DNA of 64,000 bases from Nitrospirota bacterium (GTDB taxonomy: Bacteria > Nitrospirota > Thermodesulfovibrionia > Thermodesulfovibrionales > JdFR-86). A program made the translations under genes and the position numbers. Of the stretch, positions 51,552 to 62,922 are shown piece by piece (position 1 is the first letter of the stretch; each line of letters begins with the position of its first letter). Below the pieces are notes generated by a model. That model worked only from the letters and a program-made list of their open reading frames with translations, ran no database searches and was not told where the DNA came from. The stretch is from positions 608,001-672,000 of the forward strand of contig CAVRJY010000001.1 of NCBI GenBank assembly GCA_963721805.1, given 5' to 3'.

Positions 51552-51639
51552 TAAATGATGCACTTTGAGGCTATGGACACAATCTGTGGCCCTTGCGCCG
51601 GTGGCGTTTCATGGTATTATATAAGGAGAGTTGGGGGCG

Positions 51640-51822
51640 ATGGCGTACTGGAGGGAGAGCAGGCGCATGACGGATTGCAGGGGCGTGCAGGACTGGTTTT
51701 CCTGCATCAACTGCGAGAATATCTGCACCCCGCGTTGCCCGCTCGAGAGCGACGACGTGGTCGGCGAGCTTGCGATGCACCTGCGGGCCGCAGCCAACCT
51801 TCCGGGCCCGGAGCCCGAATAA
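51640..51822 (+). CDS. Small Cys-rich protein upstream of nrdJ
   Basis: MAYWRES...CINCENICTPRCP, 60 aa, with a purine-rich SD-like sequence upstream. Confidence 0.5.
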   Translation: MAYWRESRRMTDCRGVQDWFSCINCENICTPRCPLESDDVVGELAMHLRAAANLPGPEPE

Positions 51823-51871
51823 GCGATCAGATGAAGCAAAGTTTTTTTATATTCCATAAGGGGGATTCATA

Positions 51872-54175
51872 ATGGATTCAGTTACCAGAGGCAGCGGTGC
51901 ATTGGCGTTGAGCCCGAACTCACTAAAGGTCCTCGAGAAACGCTACCTCGCCAAGGACGAAAACGGCGCGCACACAGAGACGCCGGAGCAGCTGTTCGAG
52001 CGCGTGGCCGGGAGCATCGCCGCGGCCGACGCCAACTACGGTGGCGCGCCCGAGCAGGTCCGCGAGACCGCCCGCGCGTTCTACGATATGATGACCTCGC
52101 TTGAGTTCCTGCCGAACAGTCCGACTTTAATGAACGCCGGGCGCAAGCTTGGGCAGCTGAGCGCGTGCTTCGTGCTTCCTGTCGGCGACTCGATGGAGTC
52201 GATCTTCGACGCGGTCAAAAACGCCGCTATCATACACAAGTCCGGCGGCGGTACGGGGTTCAGTTTCTCGCGCCTGCGTCCCTCCGGGGACGTCGTAGGT
52301 TCGACCAAGGGCATCTCGTCCGGGCCGATATCGTTCATGACCGTGTTTGACACCGCGACCGAGGCCGTAAAGCAGGGCGGCACGCGCCGCGGCGCGAACA
52401 TGGGGATGCTCTCGGTCGACCACCCGGACATCATCAACTTCATCAAGTGCAAGCAGGAGAACAAGAAGCTCAATAACTTCAATATCTCGGTCGCGCTCAC
52501 GGACGAGTTCATGAGGGCCGTGGAGCAGGACGGCGAGTACGCGCTCAGAAACCCGCGCACAGGACAGGTCACGGCCCGCCCGAAGGCGCGCGAGGTCTTC
52601 AACCTCATAGTCGAGAACGCCTGGAAAAACGGCGAGCCGGGCATCGTGTTCATAGACCGCATAAACAGCTCAAACCCGACGCCGGAGCTCGGCGCGATAG
52701 AGTCTACGAACCCCTGCGGCGAGCAGCCGCTGCTGCCGTTTGAGTCATGCAACCTGGGCTCGATCAACCTCTCGCGCATGCTCACGCGGCGCGAGGACGG
52801 CACCTGGGAGATCGACTGGCCGACGCTGAAGCGCACCACGCACGAGGCCGTGCACTTCCTCGATAACGTGATCGACGTAAACAAGTATCCGCTGGACAGC
52901 ATCTCTGAGATCACGCGTGCCAACCGCAAGATCGGCCTCGGCGTAATGGGCTGGGCGGACATGCTCATCATGCTAGGCGTGCCTTACAACTCGGCCGAGG
53001 CGGTGCGCGTCGCCGAGGACGTGATGGGCTTTATCCAGCGCGAGGGCCGCGAGGCCACTATAGCGCTTACGAAGGAGCGTGGCGCGTTCCCGAACTTTGC
53101 GCATAGCGTATACGCAGCCAGCAAAAAGCGCGTGCGCAACGCCACGGTCACGACCATAGCCCCCACCGGGACGCTCTCGATCATCGCCAACTGCTCGTCC
53201 GGCGTCGAGCCGCTGTTTGCGGTCAGCTACGTGCGCACCGTGATGGAGGGGACGAAGCTCATCGAGGTGCACCCGCTGTTTGAGGAGGTCGCGAAGAAGC
53301 GCGGCTTCTGGAGCCGCGAGCTCATGGAGCAGATCGCGGAGAGCGGGAGCATACACGAGTTCGAGGAGATCCCGGAGGACGTAAAGCGGCTGTTCGTCAC
53401 CGCGCACGATATCACGCCGGTGGAGCACGTGAGCATGCAGGCCGCTTTCCAGCGGTTCGTCGACAACGCGGTATCGAAGACCGTGAACTTCGCCAATTCC
53501 GCCACTCCGAAGGACGTCGAGGACGTCTACCTGCTTGCGTACCGCATGGGCTGCAAGGGGCTGACCGTGTACCGCGACGGCTCGCGCGACGAGCAGGTGC
53601 TCTCGACCGGAAGCTCGGGCAAGAACGCGACGCCCGCGGAGCAGGAGGCCGAGCAGGGCCGAGGCAAGATCACGCCCAGAAAGAGGCCGGACGTACTGAT
53701 CGGCTCGACCCGGCGGATGAAGACCGGCTGCGGCAATATCTATATCACCATAAACGAGGACGAGGACGGCAACGTGTTTGAGGTCTTCACCTCGATGGGC
53801 AAGAGCGGCGGGTGCGCATCGAGCCAGGCCGAGGCGATGGGCAGGCTTATATCGCTGGGGCTACGCTCGAACCTCGCGCCTGAGGAGATCGTCAAGCAGC
53901 TAAAGGGCGTATCGTGCCACCAGCCTTCGTGGCAGAGCGGCGGCAGGATTCTGTCGTGCGCGGACGCGATAGCGAAGTGCCTCGAGCAATACTCACCCAT
54001 CGCGCGGCAGGCCGCGATAGAGCGCAAGGCCAAGGCAGGGGCGAGCGGCGGCGGCATCTCGAAGCCCTCGGACGAGATCATGCTCATCGGCATGTGCCCG
54101 GAGTGCGGCGGCACGGTCGAACACGAAGGCGGCTGTGCAGTCTGCCACAACTGCGGATTCACCAAGTGTGGATAG
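51872..54175 (+). CDS. nrdJ: Class II (adenosylcobalamin-dependent) ribonucleotide reductase with TSCPD and Zn-ribbon tail
   Basis: PNSPTLMNAG, SACFV, TNPCGEQPL, TIAPTGT, YRDGSR, SCADA and CPECG motifs. Confidence 0.93.
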   Translation: MDSVTRGSGALALSPNSLKVLEKRYLAKDENGAHTETPEQLFERVAGSIAAADANYGGAPEQVRETARAFYDMMTSLEFLPNSPTLMNAGRKLGQLSACFVLPVGDSMESIFDAVKNAAIIHKSGGGTGFSFSRLRPSGDVVGSTKGISSGPISFMTVFDTATEAVKQGGTRRGANMGMLSVDHPDIINFIKCKQENKKLNNFNISVALTDEFMRAVEQDGEYALRNPRTGQVTARPKAREVFNLIVENAWKNGEPGIVFIDRINSSNPTPELGAIESTNPCGEQPLLPFESCNLGSINLSRMLTRREDGTWEIDWPTLKRTTHEAVHFLDNVIDVNKYPLDSISEITRANRKIGLGVMGWADMLIMLGVPYNSAEAVRVAEDVMGFIQREGREATIALTKERGAFPNFAHSVYAASKKRVRNATVTTIAPTGTLSIIANCSSGVEPLFAVSYVRTVMEGTKLIEVHPLFEEVAKKRGFWSRELMEQIAESGSIHEFEEIPEDVKRLFVTAHDITPVEHVSMQAAFQRFVDNAVSKTVNFANSATPKDVEDVYLLAYRMGCKGLTVYRDGSRDEQVLSTGSSGKNATPAEQEAEQGRGKITPRKRPDVLIGSTRRMKTGCGNIYITINEDEDGNVFEVFTSMGKSGGCASSQAEAMGRLISLGLRSNLAPEEIVKQLKGVSCHQPSWQSGGRILSCADAIAKCLEQYSPIARQAAIERKAKAGASGGGISKPSDEIMLIGMCPECGGTVEHEGGCAVCHNCGFTKCG

Positions 54176-54185
54176 GGTGAGGGTG

Positions 54186-54308
54186 AAAGCGCCCCAAATC
54201 GCTTGATACTGCGTCAGGGCTCGCGGCCTCGTGCTCAACGTATGTACGGATACGCCTCCGCGCGGTCCGTTCGCCCTTCCTTATCTGAAGACGATTTGGT
54301 TGCGCTTT
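54186..54308 (+). repeat. Divergent 123-bp palindromic repeat
   Basis: AAAGCGCCCCAAATCGCTTGATAC...CGATTTGGTTGCGCTTT. Confidence 0.85.
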
Positions 54309-54435
54309 GCGGGGTTGGTCACGGCTCCGCCGCTGGCCCCCGCACCCCGTGGTCAACGGCTTAATTTGATAGCTGCTTTGGTGGGACGTTACATAGGCTA
54401 GATGCGCGAAAGATAAAGAAAGGCGGTATACAGGC

Positions 54436-54582
54436 ATGGCGAACGAAAAGACATCTAAAGCCGTCGCTTCTAAAGCGGCAAAGGCACTTAAAGACCCTAG
54501 CAAATCGACTAATAAGGAGATTCAGTCGATCTCAGGTTCCGCTCTTACTCAGGCGACAGACAAAAAGAAAAAGAAAAAGTAG
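54436..54582 (+). CDS. Small basic hypothetical protein (48 aa)
   Basis: MANEKTSKAVASKAAKALKDPSKSTNKEIQSISGSALTQATDKKKKKK, below the ORF-track size cutoff and followed by a hairpin. Confidence 0.6.
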   Translation: MANEKTSKAVASKAAKALKDPSKSTNKEIQSISGSALTQATDKKKKKK

Positions 54583-54670
54583 TAAAGCGCAAGAGTGATA
54601 TCAAGCCTGGCGGTGAGAGACATCCCGCCAGGTTACTATAATTACAAACTTTGTATTACGAGGTGATCTG

Positions 54671-55483
54671 ATGCTAAGTAAGTTTTATAAAGAAATGAAT
54701 ATAGAGATCTCAATTCAGGAAGAACAAAATAGATTTGTACAAAGAATAAACCAGAGCATTTTTGATTATTTCAAAAAGAATCCTTATTATGAAGAGATCT
54801 TTAGGGGCGTATGCTTTGGTTTAGGAATCAATGCTGATGATCAAATCAGCATTGGTATTGAAAGACTAATTTTCCCGCATTTCCGAGAACTAACTAAAGA
54901 CGATTTCATTAGAACACAAGAACTAATTGTTGTAATTCATAATTATTGTCAAAATAAGAATGTGGGAATTACTAATTATATCAATCATACTGTGAATGTT
55001 GCGCTATCTTTATCAACCTGTGATTTGGGTGTTAGGTGGAGTGAGGGCATGTTTTACAGAAGCGGCGATGAGACGCTTGATAGAACTCTTATCGAGGAAT
55101 CACGATCATGGTTAAAAGGCTATCCCGAAGCTAGCCAATCTTTTGATCTCGCTTTAAAACATTACGCCTCTAAACAATACGGTGATGCCATGACAAATTC
55201 ATTTAGCGCTCTTGAAAGCCTTGCGAAAACATATATAGGCAAGGACAGAACTTTAGATAATTTAGCAGAGGAATTAGTAAAGAAGTTACAGTTGAACGGA
55301 GACTTGGGAGCAGTAGTAAAACATTACTGCAAAATAGCACATGGGATGTCATCACGGCATGGAAAACGAGATGCTAATAATGAAAAGATTGAATTACCGG
55401 AGGACTTGGTTGAATTCTACATATACTTCACTGGAACATTTCTGCGCCTTATTGCTCAGAAGATAGCAGTTTCACGGGAATAA
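54671..55483 (+). CDS. AT-rich protein, possible abortive-infection (AbiJ/Abi_C/HEPN-like) protein
   Basis: Helical C-terminal half with SALESLAK and an RHG motif, and low GC. Confidence 0.55.
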   Translation: MLSKFYKEMNIEISIQEEQNRFVQRINQSIFDYFKKNPYYEEIFRGVCFGLGINADDQISIGIERLIFPHFRELTKDDFIRTQELIVVIHNYCQNKNVGITNYINHTVNVALSLSTCDLGVRWSEGMFYRSGDETLDRTLIEESRSWLKGYPEASQSFDLALKHYASKQYGDAMTNSFSALESLAKTYIGKDRTLDNLAEELVKKLQLNGDLGAVVKHYCKIAHGMSSRHGKRDANNEKIELPEDLVEFYIYFTGTFLRLIAQKIAVSRE

Positions 55484-55567
55484 AGCGTATAGGTGACTAT
55501 TCTATTTATCTATAAGTGTTGCACTTAGATTTTATGCTAAAGTAAAAAGTACGAAGGAGGGCAGCGC

Positions 55568-55759
55568 ATGCCTACCGTAGACACCGAAGAACTGAGGAGC
55601 ATAATAAAGCAGTCCGTCAAGGAGGCCATTGACGAGGAGTTCGCCAAGGTGCGGCTGATGCTGTCGCCGGACGTCTCGGAACGAGAGATGGCCGACATCA
55701 GCGCGCGCTACGGAAAGCCCGAAAAGAAGCGCGTCCGCATAGAAAAACTCGTCCTGTGA
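55568..55759 (+). CDS. Putative antitoxin
   Basis: 63-aa ORF with a strong SD, overlapping the toxin start (GTGA). Confidence 0.65.
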   Translation: MPTVDTEELRSIIKQSVKEAIDEEFAKVRLMLSPDVSEREMADISARYGKPEKKRVRIEKLVL

Positions 55760-56022
55760 GCTGGACGGTCGAGTACTCAAAGCGCGCCGACAACTTCATC
55801 GGAGAGCAAGGCGTCGAGGAAGAGATTCGTGATGCCCTCCGTGACTTCGTGCGCAAGCTCACCGGATTGAACGTCAACATCTCGGTCAAGAAACTAAAGG
55901 GTGACTGGGCGGGACATTATCGCATCCGTAAAGGCAAAATCAGGGTCATCTTCAGGGTCAACACCGAGTCCAAAATCCTTTTCGTCGACGTGGTCGATTT
56001 CAGGGGCAACGTCTACAAATAG
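55756..56022 (+). CDS. RelE/ParE-family toxin
   Basis: VKKLKG...YRIRKGKIRVIF...FRGNVYK. Confidence 0.85.
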   Translation: MSWTVEYSKRADNFIGEQGVEEEIRDALRDFVRKLTGLNVNISVKKLKGDWAGHYRIRKGKIRVIFRVNTESKILFVDVVDFRGNVYK

Positions 56023-56087
56023 TCTACGCCCAGCGGCTTGGGTGTCTTTAGAATAGTGCCCGAAGCGCCCCCTCCCATACCACATCT

Positions 56088-56146
56088 CCCCGGAACTGGT
56101 CAATAGGAACTGGTTCCTAGGAACCAGTTCCCAGGAATCGGTTCCC
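56088..56146. repeat. Cluster of 14-bp GGAACYRGTTCC palindromic units
   Basis: GGAACTGGTCAATA-GGAACTGGTTCCTA-GGAACCAGTTCCCA-GGAATCGGTTCC. Homologous to 61665-61722. Confidence 0.75.
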
Positions 56147-56182
56147 ATGGACGCGTTCCGCTTTTCCGTTCTATCATCGCGC

Positions 56183-56566
56183 ATGAAAAAGACAGATGCA
56201 GTAAAGAGAGACATGGCAAGGGCGATGGTGGAGGCGGGACTCTCGTACCGCGAGGTCGCGGACAAGCTCGATATAAGCATCGGGACGGTGCACAACATCG
56301 TCGTGGACAGGGCCGACGACCCGACACCGCTTGCGCGCGGCTTGCGGAGGAAGTTCAGCGCGCGGTGCATGCTGATGGCTGACGAGATGCTTGAGCAGAT
56401 ACGGAGCTACAAGATAACCACCTCCCCGCTCCAGCAGGTGATAGTCTCGATAGCGATACTGCTGGACAAGGCCGCCGCGCTCGAAAAGGAGCAGACGCCG
56501 CATGAGAAACCATCCGATCCAGATGAAAACGTTTCTGAACGCCTAAACACCGGGGACGAGAAATAG
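56183..56566 (+). CDS. HTH DNA-binding protein
   Basis: GLSYREVADKLDISIGTVHNIV HTH and a C-terminal SIAILLDK helix. Confidence 0.7.
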   Translation: MKKTDAVKRDMARAMVEAGLSYREVADKLDISIGTVHNIVVDRADDPTPLARGLRRKFSARCMLMADEMLEQIRSYKITTSPLQQVIVSIAILLDKAAALEKEQTPHEKPSDPDENVSERLNTGDEK

Positions 56567-56663
56567 CGATGAAATCCGCGAGGTTGAGATGCGTTTTGTT
56601 TTTTCATTTGAACGCCCTAAAAAAATACGCGCGGCCGCGCGCGATAACTATGTATATAACTAA
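56525..56663 (+). repeat. Non-coding module shared with 16451-16575 and 61388-61530
   Basis: AACGTTTCTGAACGCCTAAACAC...TTCATTTGAACGC...TACGCGCGGCCGCGCGCGATAA-TATGTATATAAC. Confidence 0.8.
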
Positions 56664-56712
56664 GCCGTTGACCTTGTGGGGCGCGGGGGGCGTCCTTCGT
56701 CCGTGCCCCCCG

Positions 56713-56835
56713 AAAGCGCGCCCAAATCGTCTTCAGACAAGGCAGGGCGAGAAGACCGCCCGATGGTGTACTGTGACGTACATGGAGGGCGAGTCTTTGA
56801 AGCCCAACGCAGTATCAAGCGATTTGGAGCGCTTT
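56713..56835 (-). repeat. 123-bp palindromic repeat, inverted copy
   Basis: Reverse complement of the 47569 copy including the tail. Confidence 0.9.
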
Positions 56836-56849
56836 CAAAAAGGCCCCAT

Positions 56850-56883
56850 AAAAAAAGGGGAGGCCGGTTGGCCTCCCCTTTTT
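56850..56883 (-). terminator. Bidirectional Rho-independent terminator after yeeE
   Basis: AAAAAAGGGGAGGCC-GGTT-GGCCTCCCCTTTTT. Confidence 0.8.
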
Positions 56884-56895
56884 AAAGTACAAAGG

Positions 56896-58237
56896 TTAGT
56901 CGAGGTCCATGTCCTGCATCGGCTTGATGAACTTGAAGTACACCATAGTCCAGTTGCCCAGTATGATCGCGATCGTAGCGACTATCGAGCCGATCGAGAG
57001 CGAGGCCACGCCGGTGATGCCCTGTCCCATGTTGCAGCCGCCGGCGATCTGAGCGCCGACGCCCATCATCAGGCTGCCCATGAATACCGTGACAAGCTCC
57101 TTGCCGTTCGGGGCCTTCCAGACGAACTCCTTAAGCTCCCTTGCGCTCATGGAACGCGCCGAGCGGCACGCCGATGATGAAGAAGACCGGCCAGGTAACG
57201 AGCATGTTCCAGAGCTTGTAGCCCACGAACGGGGGCTGCGGCTGCGCGCTCGCGGTCGTGATCGTGAGGAAGAGGTCACGAGACGGGGTCGTGAAGGTCA
57301 GGCCCGAGGCTACGCCGCCGAACTTCTGCGAGGCCCAGAAGGCCGCTATCGCGATGATGCCGAGCATCACGCCGGTGGCGGACCAGAAGTAGCCCTTGGA
57401 CTTGGTGAACGCGAAGGGCTTGCCCTTGTATACGAAGATCAGGCCGGCGATCACGCATACCGCGATCACGCCCCACTTGACGGCCATGCCCTGGTGCGGG
57501 TCGATGACGTTAAAGAGCGTCGGCGCGAGCGAGACCGGGTCGCCGTCGGCGTCCACGGACGATACGTTCAGGATGCGGATGCCGCGCAGCAGCTTGTAGA
57601 ACGGCTGGAACATCCCGTGCGACATCGAGGAGATGCCGAGGAAGAACCCGAGGATCGCGACGAACGAGGCCATCTGGCCCTCGCCGGCGCGGTACCAGAT
57701 GCCCGAGCCGCAGCCTCCGGCGAGCACTATGCCCAGGCCGAAGACGAACCCGCCCAGGATGTCGGCGATGAACCAGAAGGGCTGCGGGACCATGTGGATA
57801 TAGCCCATGTCGTTAAGGACGTTGGCGCCGACTATCGCGATGACGAGCGCGAGGATGTAGGCGCGCATGTAAGTGAGGTCCTGGATGAAGATGGCGTCGC
57901 GGAATGCGGAGTTCATGCAGAACCTGCCGCGCTGCAGGACCCATCCTATCGCTCCGCCGATCAGCAGGCCGGAGAGGACGAAACCGAGCGTGACCGGCGG
58001 GACGGCCGGCTCCTCGTCATCGGCCGGGGCCTCAGCCGCGACATCGGGAGCTGCAGGTGCTGCCGGAGCCTGTGCGGCCTCTGGAGCCGCCGGTGCCGCT
58101 TCGGTCGCTGCCGGTGCAGATGCGGCTTCCTGTTTCGTGCCGGCGTCGCCGGTATCGGCGGCCAGCGCGCAGAGCGGGAGCATGCAAAGCAACAGAGCGA
58201 GCATGAGCCCGAAAATAACCTTAAAACCTTTGTCCAT
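56896..58237 (-). CDS. YeeE/YedE (TsuA-like) sulfur-compound transporter with an apparent frameshift at ~57151
   Basis: QRGRFCM, LAGGCGSG and IAGGCNMG motifs. Two ORFs join (GVPLGAF-MSARELKEF) if one base is removed. Confidence 0.85.
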
Positions 58238-58393
58238 GAAATTCCCCTCCTGATATGTTGTCCTGATAAATTGGATGCGCAACTGCCTCCCCTAAGAGTT
58301 TGTTACATTAGCATCGGGGGCGCGTTTTTGTCAATGTTTTTACGGTGCGCAAACGCAATAAAAGCGCCCCGATCATGCAGGGCCTGCCGGCTG

Positions 58394-58866
58394 TCAGGGC
58401 AGTATGACGTCAGGCTCGGTAACGGCCGGCTGGCTGATGTCCGGCGGCGTACCCGTGGGCTGGGTGACGGGCGGCTGTGTAACGACAGGCGGGGTGACCG
58501 CGGGCTCGGTGACGACCGGCTGGGTGGGAGTGGGCTCGGTGACGGCCGGCGGGGTGATGGCAGGCTCGGTGACGACCGGCTGGGTGATGGTAGGCTCGGT
58601 CACGACCGGCTGTGTGATCGTAGGCTGGGTAACGACCGGCTGATCGATAGTTGGCTGGTTGATGGTCGGCTGATTGATCGTCGGCTGGTTGATCGTCGGC
58701 TGGACGATGGTCGGCTGGCTGATCGTAGGCTGGTTGATCGTAGGGCGGTTGATCGCCGGCGGCTGATCGACGGGAGGTTGACGGCGAACTGCGTGTCGGC
58801 CGCCGGGTTCGACGCAAAGCAAGGCGTGGATATGCAGCATAGGACTGTGATCGCCATGAGCCTCAT
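58394..58866 (-). CDS. Secreted pentapeptide-repeat (QPTIN/QPVVT/EPAIT) protein with an apparent frameshift at ~58776
   Basis: SD GGAGG and a signal peptide in one frame, then more than 20 15-nt repeats in the adjacent frame. Confidence 0.6.
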
Positions 58867-58924
58867 TGTCAGCCCTCCTCTGAGCTTATTTTATCACGGT
58901 GAGTGCCAGGGTTTAAATAAGAAC

Positions 58925-58948
58925 CGGGCCCCCATCTCTGGGGGCCCG
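58925..58948 (-). terminator. Hairpin after glnA
   Basis: CGGGCCCCC-N6-GGGGGCCCG followed on the minus strand by a T-rich stretch. Confidence 0.5.
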
Positions 58949-58984
58949 TCGTATGCGCGAATCTGTGCGAGGCGTTTTCGCGGC

Positions 58985-60397
<1,413 letters not shown>

Positions 60398-60448
60398 GCC
60401 ATCCTCCTTAAAGTGAATGAGTCTCAATTTTTAACGGACGACGATACG

Positions 60449-61127
60449 TCATCCGAAGAATCTCGAATAAAACCTCTCGGCCCGCGCCCTGCACCCGGCA
60501 TAGGCTTTTGCGGTCGCATCCATGATGCTCGCATGGTCCGGCCGTCCCTTAAACCACCGCTCTACGATCCCGGGCGTCACCTCTATATGAAACTGGAGCG
60601 CATAGCAGCCGCCCCCGTGCACGAACGCCTGGTTTGGGTACTCCGCCGACGACGCGAGTCTCACCGCGCCTGGCGGCAGGTCGAACGTGTCGCCGTGCCA
60701 CTGGAGCACCGTGAAATTCAGGGCTCTCGTAACCCTCGGTGAGCGCGCCGAAGGCCGAGTCACTCCGGCCTTCCCCGGTGGAAGTGACCGAAAGCCAACC
60801 GGCCTCCTCGCCATGGCCCTTGTATACCCTTGCGCCGAGCGCGTGCGCGAGCATCTGCGCGCCGAGGCAAACGCCCAGAACCTTCAAACCCTTGGCCGAA
60901 GCCTCCTGCATCAGCCTGATTCCCTCGCGCATGTGCGGGTGGCGGTCCAGCTCATATACCCCCATCGGGCCGCCGAGCACAACGAGTGTATCATACCCGT
61001 CAAGCGAAGTCGAGGCAGTGACCTGCTCCGCCTCGAGGACCTTATACCTAAGCCCGTGCGCGTCGAGGTGCTCGGCGATTGTGCCGGGGCCTTCGGAGGC
61101 TATGTTCTTCAGTATCAGGACGGGCAT
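60449..61127 (-). CDS. Class I glutamine amidotransferase-like protein with an apparent frameshift at ~60715
   Basis: LGGPMG and GVCLGAQ in one frame, QWHGDTF and LQFHIE in the next. Confidence 0.85.
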
Positions 61128-61203
61128 ATGGTTCCTTTTCGTCGGCAACCGATTGCCGACGAGCAGTATTATACTAATTCTGGTAAGTTTTTGTCAAGGG
61201 ATG

Positions 61204-61325
61204 AAAGCGCGCGAAATCGCTTGATACCGCGTCACGACTCGCAGCCTCGTCCTCAACGTACGTCACAGTACGCCTCCGGGCGGTCTGCTCGTCGTTCCTT
61301 GTCTGAAGTCGATTTCTCGCGCTTT
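61204..61325 (+). repeat. Divergent palindromic repeat of the 123-bp family
   Basis: AAAGCGCGCGAAATCGCTTGATAC...CCTTGTCTGAAG...TCGCGCTTT with a GGTCAACGGC tail. Confidence 0.85.
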
Positions 61326-61387
61326 ATGTTTCCCCTGCATGATCGTGCGAGCGGTCAACGGCTTAGTTAGACCCGCGCCCGGTGCCT

Positions 61388-61722
61388 TAGTTATATACAT
61401 ACTTATCGCGCGCGGCCGCGCGTATTTTTTTTTAGAGCGTTCAAATGAACCGAGAAAAAACAGTCCAACCATGCGGAAAATAAGCGCTTTCTCCGCATCT
61501 CCGTGTTTAGGCGTTCAGAAACGTTTTTCGCGCACTCAAAAGAATTTTGCGCGATATATTGAGTGAGTGGTTTTTCATGCGCCCTAACGATCTCCGGCCT
61601 CGCTAATATAATCTGTCTGTATATCATGCGCGATGATAGAACGGACAGGCGGAACGCGTCAATGGGAACTGGTTCCTGGGAACCAGTTCCTAGGAACCAG
61701 TTCCTAGGAGTCAGTTCCGGGG
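61388..61722 (-). repeat. Internally deleted copy of the 56088-56663 module
   Basis: Same non-coding block, the same CTATCATCGCGCATG start context and GGAACCAGTTCCTA units, but the HTH core is missing. Confidence 0.8.
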
Positions 61723-62922
61723 TGTAAAAGTCCAGTGCTCTCCGGACAGTTTTCCATCTCATCGGTCGCACTGATCAGGCGGCCTCCTCCTCAGCTTTCT
61801 GTCTTAGCTTTTTGCCCAGCTCGATAGTTTCTATTGGCCGTCTGCCCATGTTGCGATAGCCCTTGTGAGGGCGCTCGTTGTTGTAGTGGTGCAGCCACCG
61901 GTCGAGGTCATACTGCAGCTCATCGAGCGATGCGTAGAACCGGTACCTGAACGTCTCCGAGAAGAACTCGTCCAGGATGGTGCGATTAAACCGCTCCACG
62001 AATCCGTTTGTCCTCGGTGTCGCCACCTTCGTCCTTCGATGCGCGATGTCGTGAAGCGCCAGAAACAGCTCGTACGGATGCCGCAGCAGCTTGCCGCAGT
62101 ACTCCGAGCCGTTGTCCGTCAGGACATGCTGGACCCTGATGCCATGGTCCTCGTAAAACGGCAGCACGCGGTCGTAGAGCACGTCGGCCGCCGTCTCGGG
62201 CCTCTTCGACGTGTACAGCTTGCCGAAGGCATAAGAGCCGTACGTGTCCACCACGGCCTGCAGATACACGGTCCCGATGCCCTTGAGCTTGCCCACCGTG
62301 AAGGTGTCCTGGCTGAGCAGATAGCCCGGATATGCGCTCTCCACATGCCTTTCCCTGAAGCACGGATTGGCCCGCTCGATGAGCTTGACCTGCTCCTCCG
62401 TTAGCTCGATCTCCTTGCCGTTAGCCTCCTGCTCAAGCCGGAGGATGCGCTTGGCCTTCGACTCCAGCCCCTCGCGAACCTGGATGCGATACACAGTTGA
62501 GGGACGCACCAATATGCCCTCCAGAAGCAGGTGCTCGAAGATGCGCTGCTTCCCCCACCGGGGGTGAGCAAGGCTCATCTCGATCACTCGCTTGCGGGCC
62601 TCCTCAGGCGTCTTGTGGGGACAGCTACGCGCTATCGGCGGAAGGTCCGCGAGCCCCGCAAACCCCTGCTCCTGAAACGCCCGCTTGTACTCGTAAAACT
62701 GGCTGCGGCTCACCCCCCGGCGGCGACAGGCCTCCGACACGTTCCTGAGCCTCTCGGCCAGCTGAAGCATTGAAAGCCTCCCTTGTGATATCTTTTCTTT
62801 GGCAGTCATGCCCTTCCTCCTTCGGTCTGTGTTTTGTGGTGAAACATTCTAACCGATGGAAGGGCTGGCTGCCGCCTGCTTTTTCCAGCCTGATACTGTC
62901 CGGTAAGAGCGTAACCTTTACA
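61723..62922 (-). mobile_element. IS481-family insertion sequence (1200 bp, 8-bp TSD TTCCGGGG)
   Basis: TGT...ACA ends with TIRs TGTAAAAG..GCTCT.CCGGACAGT. TTCCGGGG occurs at 61715 and 62923. Confidence 0.9.
61775..62809 (-). CDS. IS481-family transposase
   Basis: NVSEACRRRGVSR HTH, SQDTF, TDNGSEY and TNGFVERFNRT motifs. Confidence 0.93.
   Translation of the reverse strand: MTAKEKISQGRLSMLQLAERLRNVSEACRRRGVSRSQFYEYKRAFQEQGFAGLADLPPIARSCPHKTPEEARKRVIEMSLAHPRWGKQRIFEHLLLEGILVRPSTVYRIQVREGLESKAKRILRLEQEANGKEIELTEEQVKLIERANPCFRERHVESAYPGYLLSQDTFTVGKLKGIGTVYLQAVVDTYGSYAFGKLYTSKRPETAADVLYDRVLPFYEDHGIRVQHVLTDNGSEYCGKLLRHPYELFLALHDIAHRRTKVATPRTNGFVERFNRTILDEFFSETFRYRFYASLDELQYDLDRWLHHYNNERPHKGYRNMGRRPIETIELGKKLRQKAEEEAA

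Noticed and set aside
61665..61722. 14-bp units as a CRISPR array
   Set aside because: The units are contiguous with no spacers and are too short, and no cas genes are in the window.
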